Part shown: piece after piece, positions 1-9,687 of the stretch | Layout of the letters: each line of letters begins with the position of its first letter | Position numbering within the stretch: position 1 is the stretch's first letter | Assembly (NCBI GenBank): GCA_028691985.1 | Contig: JAQUYG010000001.1 | Span: 27,617 to 91,616 of the forward strand | DNA: 64,000 bases | Source of the DNA: Minisyncoccota bacterium | GTDB lineage: Bacteria > Patescibacteriota > Minisyncoccia > JAHIHE01 > JAGLIN01 | Direction: 5' to 3' | Position numbers and translations under genes: made by a program | The notes under the pieces: generated by a model | Database searches by the model: none | Told to the model about the DNA's origin: nothing | Seen by the model: the letters and a program-made list of their open reading frames with translations, nothing else

Positions 1-1111
1 GCGCAGAAAGCGTTATGAGAAATATGTCCTTGGCACCGGCAAACTCGCCGAACTGCGCAAACTTTTTTCTCAAATACGGGAATATTTTTATTATACCGAG
101 TGCTGCCAAAAAAGACATCTGGAACCCTACATCAGAAAGTAAAAGTCGCGGATTGAAAAACAACATACCCACCGCCGCCAAAAGAAGTGCATTGATGGAA
201 TCATTAGGCCTTCCCACCTTAAGAGCCAAAAGAAGCACGAAAGACATTACACCTGCTCTGACCGCCGAAGGTGGCGACCCGCTAAAAACAACAAAAAAGG
301 CAATAAAAAACGCAGCGAGATAAAAGATTTTTCTCCGGTTTATTCCGAAATAAAGAAGAGCGGTAACGATTATAGAAACCAAAATTACCATATGCATACC
401 AGAAACGGCGATGATGTGTCTCACTCCAGTCTTGTTAAATTTCCCCAAAGTATCATCCGAGATTCCCGATTTCACGCCCAGAGTCATCGCGCTCAAAATC
501 CCAGCTTCCGGCTGCGGCAGAAGTTTGCCGACATTGCTATCCGCCTTTTCCCGCATTTTATATATTTCACCTAAAATCCCGGCAGCGGATTCTTTTCTTT
601 CTAGATTCGGATAATAAGAAATGAAGTATATATTTTTTGAAAGTAGATATTTCCGATAATCAAAATCATCGAAGCTTTCCGGCACTTTCAATTTTCCCTC
701 AAAATTCACTTCGTCCCCATAAAAATATTCACTGTAAGGACTCATGAAAGCCAACACCAAACCGTCTGAAAAATCTTCATCCTCGACCTCCACGACAACC
801 CGCAGCGTTCCGTTCTTGACCTCCGGCACCTCAACCACCCGCCCTGAAAAATTTATATTTTTATCGGTAAAATCACTGAGATTATCAGTAGAATAATCCA
901 TAACGCAAAGGGAGTACCTCATCACCCCCAAAGACAAGAAAAAAATGCACAAAAAAACAACAGAAGACCTGATGTTCGAAACAAAGATACCCGCGACACA
1001 CCCCGCCGATACCAAAAACAAAATCCACAACTCAACTTCCCAAAAAGAAGCAATTAATATTCCCAAAACAAAAGAAACGGAAGCGAGCAAAAATTTATCG
1101 CTCTTAGTCAT
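1..1111 (-). CDS. comEC: ComEC/Rec2 competence protein (N-terminal part; runs off the window edge)
   Basis: Not in the ORF track. Read manually from ATG 1111 (MTKSDKFLLA), in frame with the RHIIAVSGMH motif near 390-420; hydrophobic helices. Confidence 0.9.
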   Translation of the reverse strand, partial: MTKSDKFLLASVSFVLGILIASFWEVELWILFLVSAGCVAGIFVSNIRSSVVFLCIFFLSLGVMRYSLCVMDYSTDNLSDFTDKNINFSGRVVEVPEVKNGTLRVVVEVEDEDFSDGLVLAFMSPYSEYFYGDEVNFEGKLKVPESFDDFDYRKYLLSKNIYFISYYPNLERKESAAGILGEIYKMREKADSNVGKLLPQPEAGILSAMTLGVKSGISDDTLGKFNKTGVRHIIAVSGMHMVILVSIIVTALLYFGINRRKIFYLAAFFIAFFVVFSGSPPSAVRAGVMSFVLLLALKVGRPNDSINALLLAAVGMLFFNPRLLLSDVGFQMSFLAALGIIKIFPYLRKKFAQFGEFAGAKDIFLITLSA

Positions 1112-1370
1112 CAATCTCAATTATTTTCTTATTACTGGTCTCACCCTTTAGTATATGAACGCGGCTTTTAGGAACATCCAGCTCCTCTGAAATAATTCTT
1201 ATAACTTCCTTATTGGCTTTGCCACCGACCGGTACCGCTCTAGTATAAATTTTAATCTCCGGCAAATCATCCTCTTTTTCTTTCATACCCAAATCCAGGC
1301 GATTCAAATTTTCCGCGCCGATCATTTCGTTTCTTGAAGATCTGGTTATGACTTTGCAGGTAAATTTCAT
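1104..1370 (-). CDS. DUF167/YggU family protein
   Basis: AVPVGGKANKEVIRIIS..LDVPKSRVHILKGETS..K motif. Confidence 0.88.
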   Translation of the reverse strand: MKFTCKVITRSSRNEMIGAENLNRLDLGMKEKEDDLPEIKIYTRAVPVGGKANKEVIRIISEELDVPKSRVHILKGETSNKKIIEIDD

Positions 1371-1377
1371 TTCTTTT

Positions 1378-2118
1378 TTAGCTAAGAATGTTCACTTTCC
1401 AACAATATTTTTTAAGTTTGAAGGCGGCCTCTTCCAAAATTACGGGCGCATATGGTTCCACCTGTTCAAATTCTTTTTTCAGACACTTCTGCGGACGGAA
1501 AGGCTGCAAGGCATAACGGCAAAGGCTCGGCAGTATTTCTCCGTTTTTAGCGTTGATTTTCTCGGTTATTTCATCAAAATCAAGCAAAGACACGATTCCC
1601 GGCACCATCGTCGTCCTCAATTCCAATTCAGCCTTGCTTTTTGTAATCATATCCACGCTTTCCAAAACATTTTCCGCCTGTTTCGGTCCAGCGCCAAGCA
1701 GTCGATACTTCGAGAAAGCGGTCTTTATGTCGATGGCAAAATAGTCTACAAGATTTTCCTTGATAAGTCCGGCAATAATGTCTGGATTAGAACCGTTCGT
1801 ATCCAACTTGACCATAAACCCCATTTTTTTAACCTTTTTCATAAATTCCGCCAAATCCTTCTGCAATGTCGGCTCTCCACCGGTCACACAAACGCCGTCT
1901 AACTCGCCTATTCGCGATTCTAAGAACCGCAACACCTCATCTTCGACTATTATCACATTCTCGCTCCCAAACTCGCCCATTCCTGCAGAATCAACCTCTA
2001 CGATTTCTCCATTATGACAATATGGACAACGAAAATTACACCCCACGGTAAAAATCGTCGCAGCAATCTTCTCTGGATAATCCAAGCTAGTAAATTTTTG
2101 CATTCCACCGATGAGCAT
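1378..2118 (-). CDS. nrdG: Anaerobic ribonucleotide reductase activating radical-SAM enzyme
   Basis: GCNFRCPYCHN CxxxCxxC motif, TGGEPT, KLDTNGS; downstream of nrdD. Confidence 0.93.
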   Translation of the reverse strand: MLIGGMQKFTSLDYPEKIAATIFTVGCNFRCPYCHNGEIVEVDSAGMGEFGSENVIIVEDEVLRFLESRIGELDGVCVTGGEPTLQKDLAEFMKKVKKMGFMVKLDTNGSNPDIIAGLIKENLVDYFAIDIKTAFSKYRLLGAGPKQAENVLESVDMITKSKAELELRTTMVPGIVSLLDFDEITEKINAKNGEILPSLCRYALQPFRPQKCLKKEFEQVEPYAPVILEEAAFKLKKYCWKVNILS

Positions 2119-2243
2119 AAATCTTCATTAATTATGATTTCACGCGAGACCGCATAGTTGCCCCTCTCGGTCTTCCCGGTTTTAACCTATTTGCTCTTAT
2201 TTTTTAGCGCTCCCTTCGTGCCGAGCCTCATCCATTTATACAG

Positions 2244-2272
2244 TTAACAATCATCAACCGCCAAGCTATTAT
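2244..2272 (+). promoter_or_regulatory. Putative sigma70 promoter facing the 3' end of the NYN gene
   Basis: TTAACA (2244-2249), 17 nt spacer, TATTAT (2267-2272). Confidence 0.5.
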
Positions 2273-2278
2273 AAAGGC

Positions 2279-2332
2279 AGAATTACGACGAAAAAGTTTT
2301 CTAAGGGGTTAGTCCCGACGAGAGCTTTTTTA
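2279..2332 (+). ncRNA. Candidate ~55 nt hairpin small RNA convergent with the NYN gene
   Basis: Follows the promoter. AAAAAGTTTTC pairs with GAGAGCTTTTT around an inner GGG/CCC stem, and it ends in a T-run at the NYN stop codon. Confidence 0.4.
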
Positions 2333-2872
2333 TTTTTTATATTCCAGCTTATTCCTCAGAGGACCTACAAAATCGATAACATTATTATTAGGCAGACTAA
2401 ACTTATTGAGCAATGAAGAATAACTGAATTTATTCGGCGCCAAAATCTTTTTAAATTTATTCTGATTTATCAGATATTCCGCCAGACAATAAAAATCCCC
2501 ATCTCCCGAAACGATAACAGCGGCATTATAATTTTCATACTGGATCATTGAGTGCAAAACCATCTCTGCATCAACATTACCTTTAACTTTTCCAGTCCCC
2601 AATTCCAATGTAGACTTAAACACGCAAATATAACCGTCTTCCTGTAACTTGGTATGCATCGACTGATTTCCCGCCACGAAACCGACGAACAAGAAAGCTT
2701 TTTCAACTTTATATTTGTCCCTTAGATATATCCTGAATTTTTTATAATTAAGCTTCCACCCTGAATAAATTTTTTTACCATCTTTATTAAAAATGTCGCC
2801 TGAAACTCCTAGATATAAATTATTGCTATCAATAAAAGCATAATTTATTTTTTTTGAGATATTTTTAGACAT
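2330..2872 (-). CDS. NYN/LabA-domain (PIN-like) ribonuclease
   Basis: FIDSNN, KGNVDAEM and IVSGDGDF acidic catalytic motifs. Confidence 0.9.
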   Translation of the reverse strand: MSKNISKKINYAFIDSNNLYLGVSGDIFNKDGKKIYSGWKLNYKKFRIYLRDKYKVEKAFLFVGFVAGNQSMHTKLQEDGYICVFKSTLELGTGKVKGNVDAEMVLHSMIQYENYNAAVIVSGDGDFYCLAEYLINQNKFKKILAPNKFSYSSLLNKFSLPNNNVIDFVGPLRNKLEYKK

Positions 2873-3021
2873 ATCAAATAACTATTATCTCAAACCCATA
2901 TTTTTAAAAGACAGAGCCTTTCCTTCATAATACAGCCTTGAGCATGAGAAGTAAAGAAGACAAAACAATCGGATGAAGACAAAAAAAAGAGAAAAATTAG
3001 TTTTCTCAGTTTAAAACATTA

Positions 3022-3165
3022 TTACAGTATTCCTTTTAAAGCCTCTCTACAAAAATTTCTCATCCCGAAAAAAGCTTTCATCTCTTCAGGGTGATTACAG
3101 GGGTCTTTGCACCCTTTTTCGATACAAATATCCAGTAATTCTGGAAATTTTTCCTCTTGGACCAT
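3022..3165 (-). CDS. Small Cys-rich hypothetical protein, 47 aa
   Basis: AGGAGG RBS, then MVQEEKFPELLDICIEKGCKDPCNHPEEMKAFFGMRNFCREALKGIL*; below the ORF-track cutoff. Confidence 0.55.
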   Translation of the reverse strand: MVQEEKFPELLDICIEKGCKDPCNHPEEMKAFFGMRNFCREALKGIL

Positions 3166-3226
3166 AGAAGAAAACCCTCCTTTTACATTTTCTGACTTCC
3201 CTTTTAAATCTTTAATTTTATATATT

Positions 3227-3254
3227 AAAAAAACGCCTCATTGCAGGCGTCTTT
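3227..3254 (-). terminator. Rho-independent terminator after nrdD
   Basis: AAAGACGCCT-gcaatg-AGGCGTTTTTTT. Confidence 0.75.
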
Positions 3255-3259
3255 ATAAA

Positions 3260-4999
3260 CTAACACGAAATTGCTGTTTTGATGTCCGGATATTTGGCAG
3301 TATCCTTTCTTGCTAACCTATAAGAAGTTCCTTCCCCGGGGGTCGCTTCCAAGTTATAAAGGTTTCCAGTCTCTTCCTGATATTTAACCATCTTATCTCT
3401 CATAAAATTCAGCACTTCTTCAGCAAAGGCAGAACCTTTTTCGCTTGCAATATTAGTTTTAGAACCGAAGAAATTGATGAGCGCCTCGTTCATTCCGATG
3501 ATTCCGATAGTGGAAAAATGGTTACCCCAATATTCACCTTTTTGTATTCTTATGTTACCCAGATAAAATTTTGAATATGGGTAAAGACCTTTTTCTGTAA
3601 ACTTTTCCAAGGCTTTTCTCTTGATTTCCAAACTCTCCTTGGCAATATCCATCAGCTTCTCCAACCTGGCCAAAAATTCTTTTTTATTCTTCGACAGATA
3701 ACCGATTCTCGGCAGATTGACAGTTACTACACCGATAGAACCCGTCATCGGATTCGCCCCAAAAAGTCCACCACCGCGCTTAAGTAGTTCGCGATTATCA
3801 AGTCTTAGCCGACAGCACATCGAGCGAGCATCCTCCGGACTCATATCGCTATTAATATAGTTGGAGAAATAAGGAATTCCGTATTTTGCCGTCATTTCCC
3901 ACAACGGTTCCAGGTTAGGATCTTCCCAATTGAAGTCTTTAGTAATATTGTAGGTTGGAACAGGAAAAGTAAACACCCTTCCGCTCGAATCACCCTCGGA
4001 CATCACATCTGCAAAAGCCTTATTAAGGATACTGATCTCTTCTCCGAAGTCTTTATATTGATCCTTCTGCGGCACACCACCGATAATAACCGCCTCATCC
4101 GCCAGAGTAGAAGGCACATTGAGATCCATTGTTATGTTTGTGAATGGCGTCTGAAAACCGACACGAGTAGGCACATTCATATTGAATAAGAACTCTTGCA
4201 TCGCCTGTCTAACCTCGCGATAGCTGAGTTGATCGTACCTGATAAATGGTGCAAGCAAGGTGTCAAAATTGGACATCGCCTGCGCTCCGGCCGCTTCACC
4301 CTGAAGCGTATAGAAAAAATTCACCAACTGACCCAATGCCGCTCTGAAGTGCTTGGGAGGAGCACTCTCCACTTTTCCTTTAACACCTCCAAATCCCCTA
4401 GTCAAAAGATCCTTCAGATCCCATCCACAACAATAGACTGACAAAAGACCCAGATCATGAATATGGAAATCTCCGTCCACATGGGCATCGCGCACCTCCG
4501 GCGGATAGATTTTTTCAATCCAATACTTTGAAGTGACGATGTTGGCGATATAATTATTGAGTCCCTGCAACGAATAGGACATATTACTATTCTCTTTCAC
4601 CTGCCAATCCATCTCATTGAGATAGTCATCAACCAAATCCAAAGAGTTCTTGAGCACTTCCTGATTCTCACGAAGCCTCCTGTGTTGCTCTCTATAGAGA
4701 ATGAAAGCTTTAGCCGTGTCTATATAATTTTCTCTTATCAGATAGTTCTCAACAATATCCTGAATTTCTTCAACCGTAGGAATCTCCGCCTTCAGCTTCC
4801 CTCCACCGTTGCGAACAGTGAATCTTTTATTTATTTCGTGCTCTATCTTTCTTGCCAAATCTTCAGCATTTCTTTTATCGCCTTCTTCCGTCGCCTTGAA
4901 TGCTTTTGCGATAACACTCACCAACTTCTTGTTATCAAATTTAACAATTCTTCCATCCCTTTTCCTGATCTGAGCCACCTTTATTTTTTTAGATTCCAT
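3260..4999 (-). CDS. nrdD: Class III (anaerobic) ribonucleoside-triphosphate reductase with ATP-cone; C-terminally truncated, possible pseudogene
   Basis: KRDGRIVKFD ATP-cone, HIHDL, YCCGW, SMCCRL, EATPGEG. Ends YPDIKTAISC* without the YYTNS, Zn-site or RVxGY glycyl-radical region. Confidence 0.9.
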   Translation of the reverse strand: MESKKIKVAQIRKRDGRIVKFDNKKLVSVIAKAFKATEEGDKRNAEDLARKIEHEINKRFTVRNGGGKLKAEIPTVEEIQDIVENYLIRENYIDTAKAFILYREQHRRLRENQEVLKNSLDLVDDYLNEMDWQVKENSNMSYSLQGLNNYIANIVTSKYWIEKIYPPEVRDAHVDGDFHIHDLGLLSVYCCGWDLKDLLTRGFGGVKGKVESAPPKHFRAALGQLVNFFYTLQGEAAGAQAMSNFDTLLAPFIRYDQLSYREVRQAMQEFLFNMNVPTRVGFQTPFTNITMDLNVPSTLADEAVIIGGVPQKDQYKDFGEEISILNKAFADVMSEGDSSGRVFTFPVPTYNITKDFNWEDPNLEPLWEMTAKYGIPYFSNYINSDMSPEDARSMCCRLRLDNRELLKRGGGLFGANPMTGSIGVVTVNLPRIGYLSKNKKEFLARLEKLMDIAKESLEIKRKALEKFTEKGLYPYSKFYLGNIRIQKGEYWGNHFSTIGIIGMNEALINFFGSKTNIASEKGSAFAEEVLNFMRDKMVKYQEETGNLYNLEATPGEGTSYRLARKDTAKYPDIKTAISC

Positions 5000-5139
5000 C
5001 GATTTGGTCTTTAACTTATTATTTTTAAAGCAAAAAATAAAAATAAAAAACTGCCTTTTTGAAAATATCAGACACCTAAATTCAAAACTTCCCAAAGGGC
5101 AGGATTTTTATTTTTGTTTTTTTATTACACAAGAAAAAA

Positions 5140-6528
5140 CTATTCAGAATCGTTTTTATTTTTATTCATCTTCTTTCGCAGAAATGCTGGAATATCATAC
5201 TCATCGTTATAAGTAATATTACTTATCTTGGATGAGAACGGTCTGCTTGGCGCAAAATCTTCTTTCTTTTCCTCAACAACCGGCTTTACTGGTGTCGGAA
5301 GAATATTTTCTTTAACTTCCTCCTTTACAGGCTCTTTTTCTATTTCTTCCTTTTTCTCTCTTACCTCTTTCTTAAATACGCTTCCAATCGAAGAAGATAG
5401 ATTTTTCTTCAAAGGAATAACTGTCGGTTTAACCTTCTCCTCAGGCTCCTTTTCTTTTTCATCTTCAAATATTTTGCTACTGCTTATTAAAACCGGCTCA
5501 GACCTAGTCATTACCGGCTCGACTGGTCTGTTCAGTGGCCTTACAAAATTAGCCTTCTGTACCGGCTCATCTGAATTCTGAAAACCCGTAGCTATTACCG
5601 TTATCTTTACTTCGCCTTTTTTCAAATCCTCATCAGTTATCGCTCCAAAAATCACTTTGGCACTAGGATCAACCGACTCGGTAATAATCTGTGCCGCCTC
5701 ATTGACCTCCATCATAGTGAGGTCAGTGCCTCCGCTTATGTTAAAGAGTATGCCTTTCGCCCCGTGAATAGAGAGCTCAAGAAGCGGACTGTTGATTGCC
5801 TGTTTAGCAGCATCCGCCGCCCGATTCTCACCCGAAGCGCGGCCGATACCCATCAACGCCGGACCCGTATTCTGCATAATCGCCTTCACATCAGCAAAAT
5901 CAACATTGACGATTCCAGGGATAGTAATAAGATCAGAAATCCCCTGTACCGCCTGTCTTAATACATCATCCACTATCTTAAAAGAATCTAGCAGTGGAGT
6001 TTTCTTATCTATTACCTGAAAAATTTTATCGTTAGGAATGGTTATGATCGTATCAACATTAGCTCTCAGATTTTTTAATCCTTCCTCAGCAATTTTCTTC
6101 CTCTGCATCCCCTCAAAAGCAAACGGCTTGGTCACCACAGCAACTGTCAAAGCTCCGGCATCTCTCGCCGCCTCGGCTATAATCGGAGCCGCACCAGTTC
6201 CGGTTCCACCTCCGAGTCCACAGGTCACAAAAACCATATCGGCATTTTTCAACGCGTCTTGAAGCTCATCTTTGTTTTCCTCAGCCGCCTGCCTCCCTAC
6301 ATCAGGATTCATTCCGGCACCAAGCCCCCTAGTTAGGTTTTTCCCGATATGTATTTTCTCTGCTATTTTGCAATGATGCAAATCTTGCGCATCAGAATTA
6401 ACAGCGATAAATTCAATGCCTTTAAGGTTTGCCTCCTGCATCCTACTGATGGCGTGGTTTCCACTACCACCGACTCCTACAACTTTTATTCGAGCGAATG
6501 TCTCCAGCTCTGGTTTTATCTCTTTCAT
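5140..6528 (-). CDS. ftsZ: Cell division protein FtsZ
   Basis: GGGTGTG tubulin motif, NVDFADV, C-terminal DIPAFLR. Confidence 0.99.
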   Translation of the reverse strand: MKEIKPELETFARIKVVGVGGSGNHAISRMQEANLKGIEFIAVNSDAQDLHHCKIAEKIHIGKNLTRGLGAGMNPDVGRQAAEENKDELQDALKNADMVFVTCGLGGGTGTGAAPIIAEAARDAGALTVAVVTKPFAFEGMQRKKIAEEGLKNLRANVDTIITIPNDKIFQVIDKKTPLLDSFKIVDDVLRQAVQGISDLITIPGIVNVDFADVKAIMQNTGPALMGIGRASGENRAADAAKQAINSPLLELSIHGAKGILFNISGGTDLTMMEVNEAAQIITESVDPSAKVIFGAITDEDLKKGEVKITVIATGFQNSDEPVQKANFVRPLNRPVEPVMTRSEPVLISSSKIFEDEKEKEPEEKVKPTVIPLKKNLSSSIGSVFKKEVREKKEEIEKEPVKEEVKENILPTPVKPVVEEKKEDFAPSRPFSSKISNITYNDEYDIPAFLRKKMNKNKNDSE

Positions 6529-6605
6529 ATATTTAAACAACTTATACGCTTATATCCCTATAATAACTTTTTTAGAAAAATCACGCAAGGTAAAAAAAGA
6601 GTCTA

Positions 6606-7847
6606 TTACGGCAACAAAGCCTTAAAAATTCCTTTGATTTTCTTACCGAGATTTCCTAATTTCACGCTTCCTCCTCTATCTGCATAAAAAAGCCCATTAT
6701 CATCAGCCTCCCACATAACAAGTCCGACAGCAGTTGCAAATTCAGGATCATCAATCCTGTCCACCACACCATTCATCTCTGCAGGGTAACCAATCTGTGA
6801 AGGAAGTCTGAGAATCTTTTTGGCAAGATTTACTATGCCCTGCATCTTCGCACCACCACCTACCAAGACTGCTCCTGCAGGAAGCATTCCGCTCTTATCC
6901 ATTTTCCTAAGCTCATCATCAACCATAGAAAAAATCTCTTCAACCCGCGCCTCTATGATTTCCGCAATATAGTGTCGTTTAAAAATTCCTTCTTCACTTG
7001 AGTCTATTTCTTGAAGATCAATCTCTTCCTGTTTATCTACCTCTGAAGCCATTGCATTACCATACTCCAATTTTATTTTTTCTGCCACATCTATCGAGGT
7101 TCGAAGTCCGATAGCGATATCATTCGTGATATGTCCCGCCCCGACCGGAATCACCGCGGTTCCCAGCATATTACCGTCTTCATAGACCACGATACCTGTC
7201 GTCTCTTTTCCGATATCAATCACCACAACCCCGAGCTCCCTCTGCTTGCGGGACAAGACAGACTTGGCCGCTGCGATAGGAGCAAAAATCATATCATCGA
7301 TATCGATTCCGCATCTCTGCTGGACACATTTCTCGATGTTCTTGATGAAAGGAGCTGCCCCTTGGATCAAAAGTGCGTTTATCTCAAGACGAACTCCGTT
7401 CATACCAACAGGAGACTTGATCTGCTCCTGACCATCCACGGTATAACCACACGGAAAGACATTTATGATTTCCTTATTAGTAGGAACAGAAATCGCCTGT
7501 GCGGCATTCATAACTCGATTAACATCCTCTTCGCTTATTTCCCCATCCGCCCGAGAAACCGCAACTACTCCCTTGGAAAATTGCGAAGAGATATGCTTAC
7601 CGTTTATACTCACAAAAGCATGTTCAACTGGAACCCCCGCGATTCTCTCGGCTTCCTCTTTGGATTTATTAATAGCGTTAATCGTATCTTCGATATCAAC
7701 AATGACACCATTACTAATTCCACAAGAAGGCACCACTCCTACACCGAGGACAAGCGGACTAGAATCATCTCCCTGAATTTGAGCTACAACGGTTCTTACC
7801 TGACCTGCTCCGAGATCAAGTCCTATGATTATGTTTTCTTTTGACAT
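6606..7847 (-). CDS. ftsA: Cell division protein FtsA
   Basis: IGLDLG, DIGKETT, HITNDIAIGLRT, GGGAK; directly upstream of ftsZ. Confidence 0.97.
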   Translation of the reverse strand: MSKENIIIGLDLGAGQVRTVVAQIQGDDSSPLVLGVGVVPSCGISNGVIVDIEDTINAINKSKEEAERIAGVPVEHAFVSINGKHISSQFSKGVVAVSRADGEISEEDVNRVMNAAQAISVPTNKEIINVFPCGYTVDGQEQIKSPVGMNGVRLEINALLIQGAAPFIKNIEKCVQQRCGIDIDDMIFAPIAAAKSVLSRKQRELGVVVIDIGKETTGIVVYEDGNMLGTAVIPVGAGHITNDIAIGLRTSIDVAEKIKLEYGNAMASEVDKQEEIDLQEIDSSEEGIFKRHYIAEIIEARVEEIFSMVDDELRKMDKSGMLPAGAVLVGGGAKMQGIVNLAKKILRLPSQIGYPAEMNGVVDRIDDPEFATAVGLVMWEADDNGLFYADRGGSVKLGNLGKKIKGIFKALLP

Positions 7848-7962
7848 GAAGCCTTTTGTTTAAAGATAACTTTTTATTTGAAAATTTGAAAAAAAGAAAA
7901 AACAGCACCTCATAACCATTATAGTATATTTTTTAAAAAACAAAAAGGGTCTTTAAAAAATA

Positions 7963-8322
7963 TTACCCCATCCCTAAATATGGTAGAAAAATGACCGCTC
8001 CGACGAGCAGTGACCCCAAGCAAGCAAGCAGCACTGCGCCCGCCATCATATCCTTCACGACCTTCGCATAGGGATGCATGCGCGGGTTCTGTATATCGAT
8101 CATTCTCTCAAAAATCGTATTGATTATTTCCAGTACCAGCACCAATAGAATCGTCAATATGAGTACAGCTGATTCCCAACCAGAAATATTAAACACAAAA
8201 GCCATAAACATCGCCCCACAACCGAGAAAAATTTCTATCTGAAAATTCGACTCTCTCATCGCATACCTGAGTCCGTTCAAAGCGTGCTTTAAACTTTTTA
8301 TAAATCTCTTCAATTTTGGCAT
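7963..8322 (-). CDS. dgkA: Diacylglycerol/undecaprenol kinase family protein
   Basis: SLKHALNG, ESNFQI, EIINTIFERMID, KDMMAGAVL. Confidence 0.88.
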   Translation of the reverse strand: MPKLKRFIKSLKHALNGLRYAMRESNFQIEIFLGCGAMFMAFVFNISGWESAVLILTILLVLVLEIINTIFERMIDIQNPRMHPYAKVVKDMMAGAVLLACLGSLLVGAVIFLPYLGMG

Positions 8323-8327
8323 ATTTT

Positions 8328-8768
8328 TTATTTATACAACATTTTCAGAACCGCGGTTTCTTTCTTGTTCATTATACCATAATCTTTGTCACTTATATGA
8401 TCATATCCGAGTAGATGGAAAAGCCCGTGCACAAAAAGTATATCTATCTCTTTTTTCAAAGAATGTTTCTTCTCACGCGCCTGCCTCTCCGCCCTCTTGA
8501 TACATATAAAAATTTCCCCCAGATAAACTACCCCATCTTGCGGACCCACAAATCCCCCGCCTTCGCCTTCGAAAGAAATGACATCAGTCACCCTATCGAC
8601 GCCACGATATTCACGATTGATATCTCTTATCCTCTTCTCGCCGACAAAAACCAGGCTGACTTCAGCCTTACCGCAAAATTTTTCCTCCTTGAAAACTTTT
8701 TCCATCACGATTTCCAAAGACCTGCCATCAATTTTCTTCTTTGTAAAATTTCTGATTAAGAGGCTCAT
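8328..8768 (-). CDS. ybeY: rRNA maturation endoribonuclease YbeY
   Basis: NREYRGVDRVTDVISF and HGLFHLLGYDH. Confidence 0.96.
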   Translation of the reverse strand: MSLLIRNFTKKKIDGRSLEIVMEKVFKEEKFCGKAEVSLVFVGEKRIRDINREYRGVDRVTDVISFEGEGGGFVGPQDGVVYLGEIFICIKRAERQAREKKHSLKKEIDILFVHGLFHLLGYDHISDKDYGIMNKKETAVLKMLYK

Positions 8769-8840
8769 CTCATGAAATAAATTAAAAAACCTTATTGAGA
8801 ATTTTCCTGTCTAACGCTTTAAACATAAAAAAGCTTCGAC

Positions 8841-9287
8841 CTATCCGATCAAAGTCTTTTTTACGATTCCGCTGACAAGATTTCCATCTGCTTTGCCTTC
8901 AGCCTCTTTCATAACAGCTTTCATAACCAAACCGAAGTTTTTGACTTCAGTATCGTTCATTCCGGCGATTACTTTTTTGACGATAGACTCAACCTCGGAT
9001 TCCCCCATCTGCTCAGGCATATACTCTTCCAGAACTGCCACCTCTGCCTTTTCTTTCTCCGCGAGATCTTCTCTTCCGCCCTTTGAAAACTGCTCAATAG
9101 AATCTTTTCTGCTCTTGATATTTTTCTTTACAATCGCAACCACATCACCGTCTTCAAGAGTTTTCTGCTTACTTATGATTTCATTCTTGATGTTGGAATT
9201 GATACCTCTCAGTACCTCTACCTTGAATTTATCACCGCCTTTCATCGCAGCTTTTAGGTCTTCCTTGATTTTCTCTTCTATTTTCAT
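8841..9287 (-). CDS. yqeY: GatB/YqeY domain protein
   Basis: DLKAAMK, KSRKDSIEQF..GGREDLAEKE..E, GKADG. Confidence 0.93.
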   Translation of the reverse strand: MKIEEKIKEDLKAAMKGGDKFKVEVLRGINSNIKNEIISKQKTLEDGDVVAIVKKNIKSRKDSIEQFSKGGREDLAEKEKAEVAVLEEYMPEQMGESEVESIVKKVIAGMNDTEVKNFGLVMKAVMKEAEGKADGNLVSGIVKKTLIG

Positions 9288-9321
9288 AAGCGAAATAAAA
9301 TTATAAAATCACCCGAGAAGA

Positions 9322-9558
9322 CTACTTCTTGAATCTGAGATCTTCTTCAAGCTTACCCAGTTTCCTGTCTTTTTCCTTTTGAAAAACAATTTCATTTCTT
9401 CTAAGAGCGCTTTTTCTTCTTTCTGTTCGGCTTTTTTCTTTCTCCACGAATCGGGAACTTCTGGCCTGCAAAAGCAGCCCGCTTTGCTGGATCTTTTTTG
9501 AAAAACGCCTTAAAAGACTTCCAATGCTCTCATTGTCTTTTCTTTTGACTTCGATCAT
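9322..9558 (-). CDS. rpsU: 30S ribosomal protein bS21
   Basis: NESIGSLLRRFSKKIQQSG; upstream of yqeY; GGAGGTGA RBS. Confidence 0.85.
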   Translation of the reverse strand: MIEVKRKDNESIGSLLRRFSKKIQQSGLLLQARSSRFVEKEKSRTERRKSALRRNEIVFQKEKDRKLGKLEEDLRFKK

Positions 9559-9687
9559 ATTTCATCACCTCCAATGTGATATTTTAGTATTTTAAAAACT
9601 CTTTCAGTGTAACAGAAAATAAACATCTTGGCAAGGGCATGCGTAATCATACTCCTCCTGGTTTTTTCACCTAACTTCAAACAAAAA

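Noticed and set aside
2279-2332. Hammerhead ribozyme near the NYN gene
   Set aside because: GACGAAA is present, but there is no properly placed CUGAUGA core with three stems.
2119-3270. Self-splicing intron interrupting nrdD, with NYN as intron ORF
   Set aside because: No downstream nrdD exon (YYTNS, RVxGY) found before nrdG, no recognisable group I or II core, and a terminator follows the stop.
5000-5095. N-terminal extensions given by the ORF track for nrdD (also dprA, glnA, lepB, Pif1)
   Set aside because: They run through terminators or non-coding elements; downstream ATGs match the family N-termini.
5030-5125. Large hairpin between ftsZ and nrdD as a riboswitch or NrdR site
   Set aside because: Mostly A/T-run pairing around a CTGCC/GGCAG stem, consistent with an ftsZ terminator; no NrdR box or cobalamin motif recognised.
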